Part shown: positions 61,536-64,000 of the stretch, piece by piece | Layout of the letters: every line of letters begins with the position of its first letter | How positions within the stretch are numbered: position 1 is the stretch's first letter | From: Orbicella franksi | Lineage: Eukaryota | Length of the DNA stretch: 64,000 nt | NCBI GenBank assembly: GCA_964199315.1 | Contig: OZ116698.1 | Coordinates: 43,772,001-43,836,000, forward strand | Direction of reading: 5' to 3' | Notes under the pieces: model-generated | Told to the model about the DNA's origin: nothing | What the model saw: the letters and a program-made list of their open reading frames with translations, nothing else | The model's database searches: none | Program-made: the position numbers and the translations under genes

Positions 61536-63448
61536 GACAGGATCGAAATAAAAGGTCTTTGGCCTAGATTAGCCCAGGCTACCTGCGGGTTCGCGCTGTT
61601 GCTATTATCAAGCATTTTTAACTTAATCTGTTTATCTATTTCTGTAAAAATTGTAAACATGTGAGTCATAGTAGTAATAAAAGTTGTTGTTGTTGTTGTT
61701 TCGCTAACCGAAATATTGGGCAAATATATTCAACTTTGATACTGCTTGAAGAACTCTGATGCAGGTGAACAGAGGTCACCGGAAATTCAGTCAAAAAGCA
61801 ACAGAGAGGATTACACAAAAGCTTTAAAAATATCAATCATCGATCGAACACTGGAAGCAGTATTTTCAGCTACATTCAACTAGTTGGTTTATTTTTTATT
61901 TTATATTTTTTATCTGTCTCGATCCCATGAATTCAATCAAGATGGTTATTTAGAGCATTTTCGAGGTTAAATGTTAATTTGGAGTTAGCTATGGTTTAGG
62001 CACGAAAAGCATTTCTCCAGATTCTCTCGGACCAGACTCTATCAACTAACTACAAGTGAATGCCGAAGCTTTCAGTTTTTGATGAAGAAAATAAATTTGC
62101 TCGCTTCAGCTTCCTTTGTTTGAAAAGCATTAATTGAGCGGTTAGCAGCGGAATAGCTGTATTTCACGTTAATGAGTTTGTGATTAATTAATCGACTAGA
62201 ATTAACATTTATATAAAAGCAAATAAGCTTTTGTAACATATTTGGAAAAAGGTAATTTTCACTTCTATATTCTTTCTCTATAAAAGAGAATTTTGTATGT
62301 TGAACATGTATATATCACAGTTTTTGCAACACGTTACCTTTTGAAGTTCGTTTATTCATCTGATGTTTCTCATCCTTTAAAGCGTGTCATTTCGGCTTCC
62401 TTTTTTAACCCGTGAATTGCGTAAGCAAGTTACGCGTTATAGTGGTGGACCAGATTATGCAGATTAGGAGTTGGTTGATCATATGTTAACTTCCCATCGC
62501 AATTCCACTGTTTTGCAGGGACATATATTGTTTGACATCCCTATAGGAAAAAGTGTCATACAAATGTCAGTGTTGTACTAAAATGAAACTGTTAGTTCAA
62601 AAATAAAACTATTATTTCAAACAAATGGTGGTTAAAACTTCTGGTTAATTTGTCGATCAGCGAAAGACTAGAGTTAATGGCTGCTTGTAACTGACGGTTC
62701 ATTTGTTTGTCGGGGAAAGTGTTCATCTCAATAGTTCAGGCGTCCGTCATGAAACAGTGACGTAAATGCCGCGCAAGGTTACATTTAAATCAAATTTCGG
62801 TGTTACAGCGTTGGTAATTACTGTGGGTCTAAAGAAAAGATCCTTGTGAAATTTTACTGTATAAAATAATTGATTTTCAGTTAAAGAAGCCTTGGTTAAC
62901 GGAATTGCATATGTTGGGCATGGACACACCGTGGGAACCAATAACATACAACAAAGAATAATTGTTTGCCAGACATTTGTTCAAAAAGATAAGAGAAATT
63001 GGAAAATGTAGGTGCAAATTAAATCTCTCGGCACGAAATTACATACAAATATCATCCTTACTATATGACTGGTCCTATGAAAACCCATGGAAATTTCCGT
63101 TTGAGCCGAATTTCCGTTGAGCCATAATGCTTATGACAGGATCTCACCAACATAAGATTTACACGTGAAAAGAATATCTTTGTTAAATTGCCTGGCTTCA
63201 CTTGTATATTCAATTGGAATTATTCCGGTTTTTGGAGACCAGTAATACTTGAAGTTAATGTTAATACTTACAAGCAACTTCAAAATACGCTACAATAGTT
63301 TACTTATCGTCATGCAGATGTAAATTCTAGTAGATAAATCATAAATTGAATTTATTTAAAACACAACAAATTAGCCGCCAAACTGTCCACACCAACGGTT
63401 TCCCATTTTTGGAGCAACACCAAAAACGTTTGAGTTGATCCAGAAAAC

Positions 63449-64000
63449 ATGAATTACACCACAATCAACACCACATCAGCCAGTTGTGGTTCAGTCCCAT
63501 ATTTTCCTTTACCGATTGCCGAGAGACTTTCTCCTGAGCTTCGCGCTGTACTCATCTTCAGAATCGCCGCTAACGCTGTAAGCTGTCCTTTCGTCATTTT
63601 GCTGAACATCTTGGTGATGGTGGCAGTGAAAACCAATCGTCGACTTCGCACCAAATCTAACGTATCACTTGCCTGTTTAGCCACAACTGACCTTGTTGTC
63701 GGACTTGTTGTTCAACCTTTGCAAATCGTTCACCATAGCTTTATGCTCAAAGGTGAGACTGGCATATTTTGCAGCACGCTTGCCGCAATAAGAGTAGCCA
63801 TTACCACAAGGTGTATCATAACTTCGCTTAATATTTTCGTTTTATTGAGTGCAGAGCGTTATCTGGCTATAAAACACCCTTTCGCATATGAAAACCTTGT
63901 TAGTGAAGTTCGTATCATCGTAGCCACTGGTCTGGCGTGGGCTGTAGCGATCGCCATTCCGACTGAAGACTTCTGGCCACCTAATATTCAATATGTGGGA
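63449..64000 (+). CDS. Rhodopsin-like (class A) GPCR, N-terminus to TM4, truncated by window end
   Basis: An open frame runs 184 codons from ATG 63449: MNYTTINTT (N-glycosylation sequons), TM1 ANAVSCPFVILLNILVMVAV, LRTKSNVSLACLATTDLVVGLVVQP (TM2), LLSAERYLAIKHPFAY (ERY motif) and TM4 LAWAVAIAIP. It is missing from the ORF track, presumably because there is no stop in the window. Confidence 0.92.
   Translation, partial: MNYTTINTTSASCGSVPYFPLPIAERLSPELRAVLIFRIAANAVSCPFVILLNILVMVAVKTNRRLRTKSNVSLACLATTDLVVGLVVQPLQIVHHSFMLKGETGIFCSTLAAIRVAITTRCIITSLNIFVLLSAERYLAIKHPFAYENLVSEVRIIVATGLAWAVAIAIPTEDFWPPNIQYVG

Overview
AT-rich, intron-rich animal genomic DNA, probably from an anthozoan such as a stony coral. 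That assignment is inferred from the repeat families and gene content, not proven. Seven genes were reconstructed by hand from splice signals and frame continuity: (1) the last two exons of a Ca2+-independent synaptotagmin-like C2B gene (+); (2) a 4-exon, 411-aa secreted protein made of a signal peptide, a bacterial T6SS amidase effector Tae4-like (NlpC/P60) domain and a Hedgehog-type Hint/Hog autoprocessing domain (-); (3) an adjacent 6-exon, 667-aa type II membrane protein with a furin site and a bacterial C10/C39-like papain-fold domain whose catalytic Cys is replaced by Ser (-); (4) ARID3/dead ringer (+); (5) an intronless 316-aa orphan ORF (-); (6) RPS17 with a 5'TOP tract (-); and (7) the 5' part of a class A GPCR (+) that runs off the window. 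The spacers and introns hold LINE fragments (CR1/L2, Tx1/L1, R4/Dong), MITEs, a tRNA-derived SINE-like unit, tandem repeats and a Penelope-type minimal hammerhead ribozyme. The top candidate for a novel system is the Tae4-like/Hint fusion, together with its neighbouring bacterial-type pseudo-protease.
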